Below are positions 48,499-57,743 of a stretch of DNA of 64,000 bases, piece by piece. Numbering within the stretch: position 1 is the first letter of the stretch; every line of letters begins with the position of its first letter. Under the pieces are notes generated by a model. The model ran no database searches and had not been told where the DNA came from. It saw nothing but the letters and a program-made list of their open reading frames with translations. The stretch is from Candidatus Heimdallarchaeota archaeon (GTDB taxonomy: Archaea > Asgardarchaeota > Heimdallarchaeia > Heimdallarchaeales > Heimdallarchaeaceae), in contig JAUVXV010000002.1 in assembly GCA_030603365.1 (NCBI GenBank), forward strand, positions 256,001-320,000. The letters run 5' to 3'. A program made the translations under genes and the position numbers.

Positions 48499-51400
48499 TC
48501 ACTCCATCATCGTTGGTGCATATTTACTAAATTCCTTTTTCAGGAAATAGTTTAGGCTAAAGTAGACTAGTAACGGTATCCCCACAAATAACAATCCTAT
48601 CACAATATATGGATAATTGATGTAGAATTTGTAAGGTGCTGCACCATAATTCAGCTGTTTTAACGTTATCTTTATTATGCTGAATCCTACAGCTGCTCCT
48701 ATACCTAATGCGGGTATTATCGCCGCTAACATCGTCTGGACTGAAGACATGGATATTATTTTTGCACTGTTTATACCCATCTTCTTCATGATATCATGCT
48801 TTATCACTCTCTTTTCTAGTATCTTTATTGCTGTTGTAAAAACTGAGAATATCAGAACTCCTGTTGCTACAAATAAAGACAGAAGCATCTCAATTATGAA
48901 GATGTTGTAAAGCGGGGTTTTTAGTCCATCTTTTACGTCTGACACTGTATCAATTGTCAATCCTTGCTCTATTTCATAGAGCTTATCAACAACTAATTCA
49001 GCATCATTTTCATAGTATGTTTTTATGAAAATTTCATCTTTGAATTTCAATCGTCTATAAATAATACTGTCTAATACCTCAAATGCGTCTGTTGATACTA
49101 TCATCATGTGCTCATCATTATTTAGATCCCATCTTGTGAAGAAAACCGGGAATAGATTGAAATTACCTAGTATTGTCAGAGTATGTGAAATTGCTGGTAT
49201 ATCTGGGTGAAAAATTTCTAATGTTCCTCCAATTGGTTTCTGCCAGTACTCTTTCATTGGATTTGAAATAATAACATTACTGCTATTAAGTAAAGCAAGT
49301 AAGTTCCAATCTATAGTCGTTACACCACTTGCTGGTACTGTCATCGTTTTCATGAATGTCGTAGTGTTTATCACCAATAAACGAGCATGATCAAATCCCT
49401 CACCAGGTGTTGATGTGTAGAGAGTGTATTCTTTGATATGTGTATAACTCTTTATCTGAGGCATTGAATCTAAATCATCTGTAGTAATGACGCTTGTATC
49501 ATCCCAATACATCACTCTTACATCAGCCCCATTCATGAAATAAGCTTGTTCGGTTAATGTCGTTTCCTTTGAATACGGTACAACTAATACTGGTACAATT
49601 ATCAGTACTACAAGTAAGAATATCAGAGTGATATTTTCAAAATGTCTGATATCCTTCCCTATTTCTGCAAGTGAGAAACTGAACCGAGATTTCTTATATC
49701 GCCAAATTAAGGCGCTTATTGATCTCAGAATCAACCCTAATATTTTCACTGCAAATGGTAAACCACCTATTAATGTAAATATTGCACCTGCTATTGTAAG
49801 AAACAGGTAAATTGTGAAATCTCCTACAGCTTGAGAATCAAATGAAACGAAAGCTCTACTATAGAAATAGTAGAATAATCCTATCCCTAAACCTAAGAAA
49901 AATATATCTCTCCAAGATAATAATCTAGATTTGATTATGAAGTTAACAAGCGAAGAGAATGTAGTTTGAGTCTCTTTCTCAGTGTATGCTTCTACTAGAC
50001 TTGAATCTGTTTTTTGCTCTCCTGCAATGATTGTTTCTTCTTGAGGAATATCATAAGTTGGTTCAGGTTCTTTCTTAATTCTTCTTTGAGCGATCCTTGG
50101 AGCTTTTTCAATCTTTCTCTTTCTTCTAACTAGCATAAAGATACGAGGAACGGATATAACAAATAACACACCCGCCACCAATCCTAGGGTTAGAGGAACA
50201 TTTCCAATCACTAGATGAGTATCAGTATTTGTAAATGATATGAACCCGTCGATTTTAATCAGAGGAACCGCAGTACCTACCGCGATTCCAAAGCTAACTA
50301 AACTTGCTATGATTATCTCCACAATCCGTATAACAAGATAATTCCAAAATAATCTCCCCGTAGAAATACCTCTATTTCTAAGTATTTCCATCTCTTTTTC
50401 AAAACTTGAAGAGAATAAATCCGAAGATTCAAATACCATAAAAATTGAAAGCAAAATAGCTGGAATTGCAAAAATCAACAATCGTGCCATATTGTTTAGA
50501 TAATACTCGTTGAATGATTCAAAGAATATTTTTAGTTCTGTTGTTTCCACATCATTTAATTCATCACGTAGTTGTGTGCTTATACTAGAAGAGGGATCAA
50601 AACTAAAAGTGAATATTTTTTGTTGCATAATTGATTGTTCGTTTACTAATGATGTTCTATCAGTTACACTAAATTCATCGAAATTCATTACCAACTGATA
50701 ATATCCCCACATACCAAGATGCATTTTATTACCATTGGATAATATTTCGAAGAATGAGCTTTGTTTTGTAATTATATCAGCGTTTTCAGATGCAATTGTA
50801 TAGATATCATATGGAACTTCCAAATGTTCTGCTACTCTTTTTGCTTGTCCTACATTTATTTTTTCAAAAATACCTACAACAGTACAATTAATCAGATAAT
50901 TTTCTTCGTCAGCTGGAGCTCCTAATACTCCTACCCAGAAATCAGCCCAAGCTCTTACTGTCAAAGTGTCACCAACATCCAAGTCAGCTCTTCTAGATAG
51001 TTGTTCTGTAATTACAACTTCACTTTCATTTATAGGAGTTCTTCCCTCTTGTATCATGGAGTATAAGAATTCATCACAATCATCTGGTAATCCTATAAAT
51101 CTATAATCTAGCTCTACATATAACGAGGGTTTGTGCACCTTTAGAATCGTTTTATAACCTGAGATTACATCCTCGATATATTTATCCACTGTCATGCCAT
51201 GATATAAATCTAAAATTTCATCTTTTGCGTCAGTATTATATGAAGGTGAAATTAATGAATAATTCCCTGTAATAAATGAAGTTTTAAGTCTTGCAGATAT
51301 TTCTCCATCTGCCATAAGTGGAAAAGATCTATCGAATGCTTTGACCATTGCTGATTCTTCACTTTGGGCTATGATCAATGAAGAACATAGCAAATAACCA

Positions 51401-53019
51401 GTTATTACAAAACCTGCTAATGTTATAACAGATCGTTTCTTATTCGACAACCAAATTGTAAATATAGTACTAAATGCGTTTCTTATTAATCTACCAATAT
51501 TCAAAAAGAATTTTGCAAATTTTGAGCGTTCTTCTCCAACTTGAGAATCTGTTAAGAAAGCTTTTATTTCCTGCTTTCTCCTCATCAAAGTTATCCATAA
51601 AAGAATCCCTACAAGTATTACTGCTACTGCTATTATTACAACAACCCACCATTTTGTAATAAAGAACTCAATAATGGGATTATAAACTTCCAAAGATTCA
51701 ATATATAATTCTGTCTCCAGAATTAAATCTGTTAATACAAAGAGAGCTAATCCAATCTTTTCTCTATATGCTAAGGGGGATTCTGGAGCGTACGGGGTTG
51801 TATTTATTCTTTTTGAGAATATAACGACAAAGTTAGCTCCTTCTAGATAAATTGCGTATTGATTTTCTACTATCTTTTTTTCTGATTGGATACTTTGAAC
51901 ACCCCAACTTGAACCAGTTAGAGTATAATAAAATAGATTTACAAAATTATCATCTACCAAATCCACCACTAGCACTGCTGTTGCAGTATCATCATAATTA
52001 TAGTTGAAATCTATTGGATTTTCATAAAATGTCGATTGAGATGCTTCTGAGATAGATATTCCATCAAAATAACCCCAATATAATCTTAAAGGATTAACAA
52101 ACACAAAAGAAAGTAGGCCTTCAGCTGGATCACACCTTTCTGCAGCAAATTTTGGAACATCATACAAGACGTCACTGAAAGTTCTAGTAGCTATTGGTGT
52201 CAGTAAAAAACTAAAATCATCCAACAATCCAATTCCAATACCATAATCATCTTGTCTTAACTCGTAAATATACCACAGGTTATAAAATTCATCAAGTACG
52301 ATATCCACAACATCTCTAGTTGGAGAACTAGAAATGTAGAAAGATTCATTATATATTGTTCCACCAGGTGGTCCCCAATATCTAGTTATATTCATGTGTT
52401 GGTTGTCTCCTCCCCAGTAAATATTATGAAAAGCATTAATCATACCATCTTCATAAATAAATTTGTAATAAGTTACATAATAGGCAACCAATTCACCAGT
52501 TAACTTAAATATCAATACATCTCGTTCAAAACTGTCTTGTTTTTCATATACTCTAAACTCTCTAGCACCTAACCCTGTGTCCTTTGAATATGCTACTCCA
52601 ACTTTTGTTCCATCGGCATATGCACTATAGATGTCAATACCTTGAGCGAAATCATCTAATATTTCAAAGAAGACTTCTCCTTCGATGTAATATAAGTGTA
52701 TGAACCTGGTACCATTGCTGTTCTTTATGATGAGAAAATTGTGCAGATTTCCATCACCATCCAACAGAGCCAATGATTCTAATACTCCGCCTTCGGACAC
52801 TGTATCTGTTAGATAGAGTATATCTTCATTTTCTTGAGCTTGAGAGGGAATGACAAAAAATGAACTAATTAGTACAAGTAAACTTAACAAAAACAGCTGT
52901 TTCTTTTTATGCAACGTTATCATGCGTAGAGACCTTGGTGCGTTTATAATTTTTTTGTAACGTATATGTTGACAAATGGATCCATAGTATAATCTAATAG
53001 ACCAATTTTCAACAATCAA
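48499..53019 (-). CDS. Giant FtsX/MacB-like ABC permease with an extra N-terminal extracellular domain
   Basis: Signal peptide (start probably near MITLHKKK, about 52923), about 420-aa beta-rich ectodomain, then two FtsX-like halves (EMEILRNRG, GADVRV, IMKKMG). Confidence 0.8.
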   Translation of the reverse strand: MIVENWSIRLYYGSICQHIRYKKIINAPRSLRMITLHKKKQLFLLSLLVLISSFFVIPSQAQENEDILYLTDTVSEGGVLESLALLDGDGNLHNFLIIKNSNGTRFIHLYYIEGEVFFEILDDFAQGIDIYSAYADGTKVGVAYSKDTGLGAREFRVYEKQDSFERDVLIFKLTGELVAYYVTYYKFIYEDGMINAFHNIYWGGDNQHMNITRYWGPPGGTIYNESFYISSSPTRDVVDIVLDEFYNLWYIYELRQDDYGIGIGLLDDFSFLLTPIATRTFSDVLYDVPKFAAERCDPAEGLLSFVFVNPLRLYWGYFDGISISEASQSTFYENPIDFNYNYDDTATAVLVVDLVDDNFVNLFYYTLTGSSWGVQSIQSEKKIVENQYAIYLEGANFVVIFSKRINTTPYAPESPLAYREKIGLALFVLTDLILETELYIESLEVYNPIIEFFITKWWVVVIIAVAVILVGILLWITLMRRKQEIKAFLTDSQVGEERSKFAKFFLNIGRLIRNAFSTIFTIWLSNKKRSVITLAGFVITGYLLCSSLIIAQSEESAMVKAFDRSFPLMADGEISARLKTSFITGNYSLISPSYNTDAKDEILDLYHGMTVDKYIEDVISGYKTILKVHKPSLYVELDYRFIGLPDDCDEFLYSMIQEGRTPINESEVVITEQLSRRADLDVGDTLTVRAWADFWVGVLGAPADEENYLINCTVVGIFEKINVGQAKRVAEHLEVPYDIYTIASENADIITKQSSFFEILSNGNKMHLGMWGYYQLVMNFDEFSVTDRTSLVNEQSIMQQKIFTFSFDPSSSISTQLRDELNDVETTELKIFFESFNEYYLNNMARLLIFAIPAILLSIFMVFESSDLFSSSFEKEMEILRNRGISTGRLFWNYLVIRIVEIIIASLVSFGIAVGTAVPLIKIDGFISFTNTDTHLVIGNVPLTLGLVAGVLFVISVPRIFMLVRRKRKIEKAPRIAQRRIKKEPEPTYDIPQEETIIAGEQKTDSSLVEAYTEKETQTTFSSLVNFIIKSRLLSWRDIFFLGLGIGLFYYFYSRAFVSFDSQAVGDFTIYLFLTIAGAIFTLIGGLPFAVKILGLILRSISALIWRYKKSRFSFSLAEIGKDIRHFENITLIFLLVVLIIVPVLVVPYSKETTLTEQAYFMNGADVRVMYWDDTSVITTDDLDSMPQIKSYTHIKEYTLYTSTPGEGFDHARLLVINTTTFMKTMTVPASGVTTIDWNLLALLNSSNVIISNPMKEYWQKPIGGTLEIFHPDIPAISHTLTILGNFNLFPVFFTRWDLNNDEHMMIVSTDAFEVLDSIIYRRLKFKDEIFIKTYYENDAELVVDKLYEIEQGLTIDTVSDVKDGLKTPLYNIFIIEMLLSLFVATGVLIFSVFTTAIKILEKRVIKHDIMKKMGINSAKIISMSSVQTMLAAIIPALGIGAAVGFSIIKITLKQLNYGAAPYKFYINYPYIVIGLLFVGIPLLVYFSLNYFLKKEFSKYAPTMME

Positions 53020-53046
53020 AATAATCTAATTGCAAGCATTTAAAAG

Positions 53047-53217
53047 TCTTACGTGTATAAGAACTAATTCTCATGACGATAAGAAATAAAAAGTAAACCC
53101 TAATCAAAAATACAAATCTATGTAGATTCAAATTTTTTAAAATGGGAGAGCATCACATTTATAAATGTACAATGCGTTTTCTCAGCATGTCAAGAAAGTT
53201 GTTTCATAATCTTGAGA
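53047..53217. promoter_or_regulatory. Four candidate operator palindromes TCTYA-N6-TRAGA
   Basis: 53047-53062, 53069-53084, 53180-53195 and 53202-53217; two pairs, each with a 22-bp period. Confidence 0.65.
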
Positions 53218-53243
53218 CACAAGTATCTTAATGTGGTTAATTT

Positions 53244-53903
53244 ATGGATTATCAAGATTTCAAAACTTATGAACCGAAACCAATTAAGCACGTTTATATT
53301 CCTAGAGACGACAATTCTTTTCGTGATCAGAATTTAATGTTTCTTCGTAATGTTCTAAACAAACAAGGTCCTATGACTGTCAAAGACATAATTTCTGAAT
53401 TCAAAGAAAATAAAGAAGTTGATGCAAAATCAGATAAAACCATTTACAGATATCTTGGTAAATTGAAGAACTTGGAGATGGTAACCCAAGTCGGTAAGCG
53501 AATCTATATAGATGATTTAAAAACAGAGACATTGTTTGGAGTTACTGCTAAATTTTTCTTGATTGGAACTCATAATACTCCGTTTCACGCAAATGCTACA
53601 GTCGAACTTCTTGAGAGAAGAAGAGTTCTTGCCGAGTTTATTGGTGAGATTCTTAAAAACCAGTTTGGTGGTAAGAAACCTGTCTTAGATTGTCTCGAGA
53701 AAATCATGGTCGATTTGACAGAAACTAGCACTCAGGTACTTATTGATAATTTTGAAAGTGCGTCCCTAGAGTCTATCGAGAAACTTATGGCTAGTACACC
53801 TCCTGGTGATGAAGGTACATATCTTATGGATTTTATCAATTGGCTTGGATTAGTTATTTCTCGAAAAGATCTTCATGATGAAATTGGTAAATGTTTTAAA
53901 TAA
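53244..53903 (+). CDS. Winged-helix DNA-binding protein
   Basis: GPMTVKDI...KSDKTIYRYLGKLKNLEMVTQVG wHTH pattern. Confidence 0.75.
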   Translation: MDYQDFKTYEPKPIKHVYIPRDDNSFRDQNLMFLRNVLNKQGPMTVKDIISEFKENKEVDAKSDKTIYRYLGKLKNLEMVTQVGKRIYIDDLKTETLFGVTAKFFLIGTHNTPFHANATVELLERRRVLAEFIGEILKNQFGGKKPVLDCLEKIMVDLTETSTQVLIDNFESASLESIEKLMASTPPGDEGTYLMDFINWLGLVISRKDLHDEIGKCFK

Positions 53904-53956
53904 ACTGTAAGTTTGGTGAACCAAAGAAATATATTGTACCAAACACAATTTATTTT

Positions 53957-55795
53957 GTGAAAACGAAAACTATAGCTATAATCATATCAGCTGTAATTGT
54001 GACAGCATCAATCTGCACTGTTCTTATCATCTATATTCCTAGGCAATTTATTCCAACAACAGGTATAGACTGGCAATTTCCTCAGAATAGTACATTGTAT
54101 GCGGACTATGTAGAAGTCCCATATGCGGTTAACATGATTGATAATGTACGATTAGCTACTGATGTTTATCTTCCTTCTGAGCTTAACGAAGCTCTACCGG
54201 TCATTTTTGTAAGAACACCTTACAATAAAGATTCAATGGGGCTTTTAGCATCCTACACTCAAACTGGATATGCTGTTGTGATACAAGATTTCAGAGGTTT
54301 TTACGAATCTGAAGGAGAAAAATCGCTTCCCTTCATAACAGAACAAATAGATGGACAGATGTCACTAATCTGGATAGCAGAGCAACCTTGGTGCAACGGC
54401 AAAATTGGTACATGGGGACCTTCAGCTTTAGGGATTGCTCAACATTTGATGGCACCGAATGCACCTGACTCCTTAAAATGTCAACTACCAATAGTAGCAA
54501 CTCCGAATGTCTATAATGCAGGTTTTCGTGGAGGGGAGTTAAGAAGAGAATTATTCATTCCATGGATGGAAGGAAATGATTTTCCACAAGATAGTTTTGA
54601 TATGTTACAGGAAAATGAAAAATACAATCCTATTTGGTATGCGTTGAATATCGAAAACAATTATTCTGACATTCATGCAGCATCTCTACATATGGGTGGA
54701 TGGTATGATATTTTCACTCAAAATTCTATAGATGCATATTATGGTTATCAAAACTATGGAGGAGAAGGAGCACTAGGAAATGCCAAGTTGATTATGGGTC
54801 CTTGGGTTCATGGAGGAATGTTTGGAGCTCCAACAGGTGAAATAAGTTTTCCATACGCTCAGGATCTTAGCATAACCTTCTCAGCCAATGATGCTTTGTT
54901 TGAGAAGTGGTTAAGAAATGATTCAACTAAATGGGATTCTTTACCAAACATTACTTATTATCTTATGAGCTCAGTGGAGTATAATCCAACTCAATTAGGG
55001 AATGAGTGGTACCAAGCTGATGATTGGCCAATAAGTTCTACACCTTTAGAGATGTATTTACATTCCAATTATAGTTTGACTGAGAATCCAAGTCTTGAAA
55101 TTGAAGATTCAATCAGTTACATTTATGATCCCAATAACCCAGTGGGAACGCTTGGAGGAGGAAATTTAGCTCTTCCTGCAGGCATTTATGATCAGTCAAC
55201 ACTTGAGTTAAGGGATGATGTTTTAAGTTTTACAACACCTTCTCTGACTGAACCTCTGACTGTATTGGGACAAATGGAAATGACCTTCTTTGTAAGTTCA
55301 AATTGTACAGACACAGATTTCACTGTCAAAGTAACTGATGTTTATCCCGATAATAGATCCATGATAGTTACTGATACAATTATCAGAGCTCGAAACAGAA
55401 ATAGTATCACAAACTGGGAGTTTCTAACTCCAGGAGAGGTTTATGAAATTACTTTGTTGCTAGATAGTACTGCTTATCTGTTTGGTGAAAACCATAGATT
55501 TAGAGTAGACATATCAAGTTCCAATTATGAAAGATTTGAAACAAACCCAAATACTGGTGAAGCCTTATGGAGCAATACTACCACATATTTTGCAAACAAC
55601 ACTATTTTTCTAGATTCAACTTATTCATCAAAAATAACTTTACCAACTGTTAACTATCTATCATTAACTCCATTTGATTTTGATGACCTAGAGCCTTCGT
55701 TTATTCCATTTTCTCTGAGTAAAAAAGAACCTCCTCGTATAATGTTCTCAAGCGTTTGGTCACCTTTAATTCACGTTATAACAAGAAGAAGATGA
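53957..55795 (+). CDS. CocE/NonD family hydrolase (peptidase S15), N-terminally anchored
   Basis: RTPY, QDFRGFYESEG, WCNGKIGTWGPSALG nucleophile elbow, GGWYD, GPWVHG, HRFRVDISSSNY. Confidence 0.92.
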   Translation: MKTKTIAIIISAVIVTASICTVLIIYIPRQFIPTTGIDWQFPQNSTLYADYVEVPYAVNMIDNVRLATDVYLPSELNEALPVIFVRTPYNKDSMGLLASYTQTGYAVVIQDFRGFYESEGEKSLPFITEQIDGQMSLIWIAEQPWCNGKIGTWGPSALGIAQHLMAPNAPDSLKCQLPIVATPNVYNAGFRGGELRRELFIPWMEGNDFPQDSFDMLQENEKYNPIWYALNIENNYSDIHAASLHMGGWYDIFTQNSIDAYYGYQNYGGEGALGNAKLIMGPWVHGGMFGAPTGEISFPYAQDLSITFSANDALFEKWLRNDSTKWDSLPNITYYLMSSVEYNPTQLGNEWYQADDWPISSTPLEMYLHSNYSLTENPSLEIEDSISYIYDPNNPVGTLGGGNLALPAGIYDQSTLELRDDVLSFTTPSLTEPLTVLGQMEMTFFVSSNCTDTDFTVKVTDVYPDNRSMIVTDTIIRARNRNSITNWEFLTPGEVYEITLLLDSTAYLFGENHRFRVDISSSNYERFETNPNTGEALWSNTTTYFANNTIFLDSTYSSKITLPTVNYLSLTPFDFDDLEPSFIPFSLSKKEPPRIMFSSVWSPLIHVITRRR

Positions 55796-55814
55796 AGTTT
55801 TTCTAAACTTCTCT

Positions 55815-56957
55815 TCAGTTTCTTTTTCCCATTAGATTTAGTTTGAACTTTCTCACGGTTTCTGGTTTTATTATGTCTCCTTTTCTATTTTGGAAATAGA
55901 GAGCATCAAATGGACATTGGACTATGCAGGCTCCACATTGAACACAAAATTCTCTTCTTGGCATAGTTATTTTCTTCTTCAATTCATCCATCTCATAGCA
56001 ATTCCTTGGACACACATCAATACATATCCCCATTCCTTTGCATTTTTCCAAATCAATTTTTACATCATACAATTTGTCTGCATGAGAATCACTTTTGTAA
56101 GTAGGAGTCGATCCCTTAATCTCTAAATTCATCAAGAAGACCATTAGAAAGGAGACTATACACCATCTGAGTAAGATCCATGAAGTGTCTCTTTTATAGA
56201 CTAGTACATAGAGAATAATACCTATTGAAGAATAAGCCAGATTGATTAATAGTACTAGTAAATTGCCCAAACTCAGGAAAGTTTTTTTCTTCTCTTTTTC
56301 TCTTCTGTAAAGCCTTTCATAAATCGGAAATGAAACAAATGCTAACAGTGATGTTAAAGTAATTTGTGCTAACAGGAACAATGCTTCTATTTTAAACAAT
56401 GGTCCCCAAATTGGCATTAAAACAATTGCAATAAGAAAAGTCCACATTATAGCCATTTCTACTCTTTGTATAAATCTAAACTCAACTTGTTTCATTTCTG
56501 TTGTTTTCTCATAGTTTTGTTCTAAAAAATCGGGGATACTTTTTGCGTCTACTGGTCCCCAAAGAACTTTCCAACCTGTTTTCTTTTGGATTACCTTAGC
56601 TTCAACACCTGGTGCTGCTAGTTGAGGAAGAATGATTGTTCTATGATTTACTTTATCTTCAATCCCACTAGTCTTTATCACTGAAATAACTGAATGATTG
56701 TTTAGATGCCCACCAGTTGCAGCACACCAGACATTAATCCCTTTACTATTAGCTACTAAGAGATGGTAGTTTAACCCTTTAGTCGCCTTCTTTAAACGTA
56801 AAATAGTTAGATGGAAATTACATGTTAGCATCACAGGTGAATCTACATTCGGGTTACCAACATTCTGATACCCGGTTTTAGCAGGAAAAGGGAAGAGTCT
56901 GAGTAGAGTTTCTAAAACTGTTATAAATCCGTAATAAACATAATAAGAGATATTCAT
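55815..56957 (-). CDS. HgcAB-like fusion protein (corrinoid-binding domain, TM helices, ferredoxin)
   Basis: GINVWCAATGG cap helix, HRTIILPQLAAPG, WGPV, TM block, CKGMGICIDVCP and CVQCGACIVQCP. Confidence 0.88.
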   Translation of the reverse strand: MNISYYVYYGFITVLETLLRLFPFPAKTGYQNVGNPNVDSPVMLTCNFHLTILRLKKATKGLNYHLLVANSKGINVWCAATGGHLNNHSVISVIKTSGIEDKVNHRTIILPQLAAPGVEAKVIQKKTGWKVLWGPVDAKSIPDFLEQNYEKTTEMKQVEFRFIQRVEMAIMWTFLIAIVLMPIWGPLFKIEALFLLAQITLTSLLAFVSFPIYERLYRREKEKKKTFLSLGNLLVLLINLAYSSIGIILYVLVYKRDTSWILLRWCIVSFLMVFLMNLEIKGSTPTYKSDSHADKLYDVKIDLEKCKGMGICIDVCPRNCYEMDELKKKITMPRREFCVQCGACIVQCPFDALYFQNRKGDIIKPETVRKFKLNLMGKRN

Positions 56958-57625
56958 TCCTTTACCTCCTTTACTATGTGCAATTCTATAAAATTGTCAA
57001 GAAAATTGAATCTACGAGATTCTATCATTAAACCAGCTTTGTTGATTCTTTCTTCTATGTTTGTCAATGCCTTTGTTGTTGTTTGTGTTAAAATGTAAGT
57101 AATAATTATCAGTGGAATTCTAATGAATATGTTGAGAAATCGCTTGAAAATAGATTTGCTTTTCACTTCATCTATTAGAAGAAAAACCCCTTCTTTTTTT
57201 AGAATTCTTTTAATATTTTTCAATGTGAATTTAATTTCATCATCACTTAGTTCAGAGAAACAAAGCCCACTCATCACAACATCATAGGAATGAGCTTCAA
57301 AATTATTAAGCTCAGCAACTCCCATCTCAATAAAAGTAGGTTGAATCTTCAATTCCATGTTATGCGCTCTTTTCTCGGCAATATCTAACATTTCAGAATT
57401 TATATCAATACCTGTCACATCAGCTCCTTTTAGAACGGCTCTGTAAGACAGCATACCTGTTCCACAACCGATATCTAGAACTGTATCTTCTTTTTTTATT
57501 GTCTCAACTATTCTATCGTATGCTTTGTTTATCTTACCTAGTGTAAGAATCTTTATTCCTCTATCATATCTATGAGGAGCAGATTCTAGTACTTTCATTA
57601 AAACATAACTCATGCTAGGAATCAA
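56954..57625 (-). CDS. Class I SAM-dependent methyltransferase associated with the corrinoid protein (CpaM-like)
   Basis: LESAPHRYDRGI, VLDIGCGTG, GIDINSEML; ATGA overlap with the HgcAB-like gene. Confidence 0.85.
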   Translation of the reverse strand: MIPSMSYVLMKVLESAPHRYDRGIKILTLGKINKAYDRIVETIKKEDTVLDIGCGTGMLSYRAVLKGADVTGIDINSEMLDIAEKRAHNMELKIQPTFIEMGVAELNNFEAHSYDVVMSGLCFSELSDDEIKFTLKNIKRILKKEGVFLLIDEVKSKSIFKRFLNIFIRIPLIIITYILTQTTTKALTNIEERINKAGLMIESRRFNFLDNFIELHIVKEVKE

Positions 57626-57743
57626 AATAATATGTGTAAGTGGAATAAAAAATCTTTCTAGTTAATTTATTCTTCAATTTTACTAAAAAACATCTACGTG
57701 TTCTGCAAAAAGTATTTATTCAACTGAATACTATTTTCTTTCT

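Noticed and set aside
55815-56957. Calling the gene hgcA (mercury methylation)
   Set aside because: Non-canonical cap helix ending, fused ferredoxin and no HgcB terminal cysteines.
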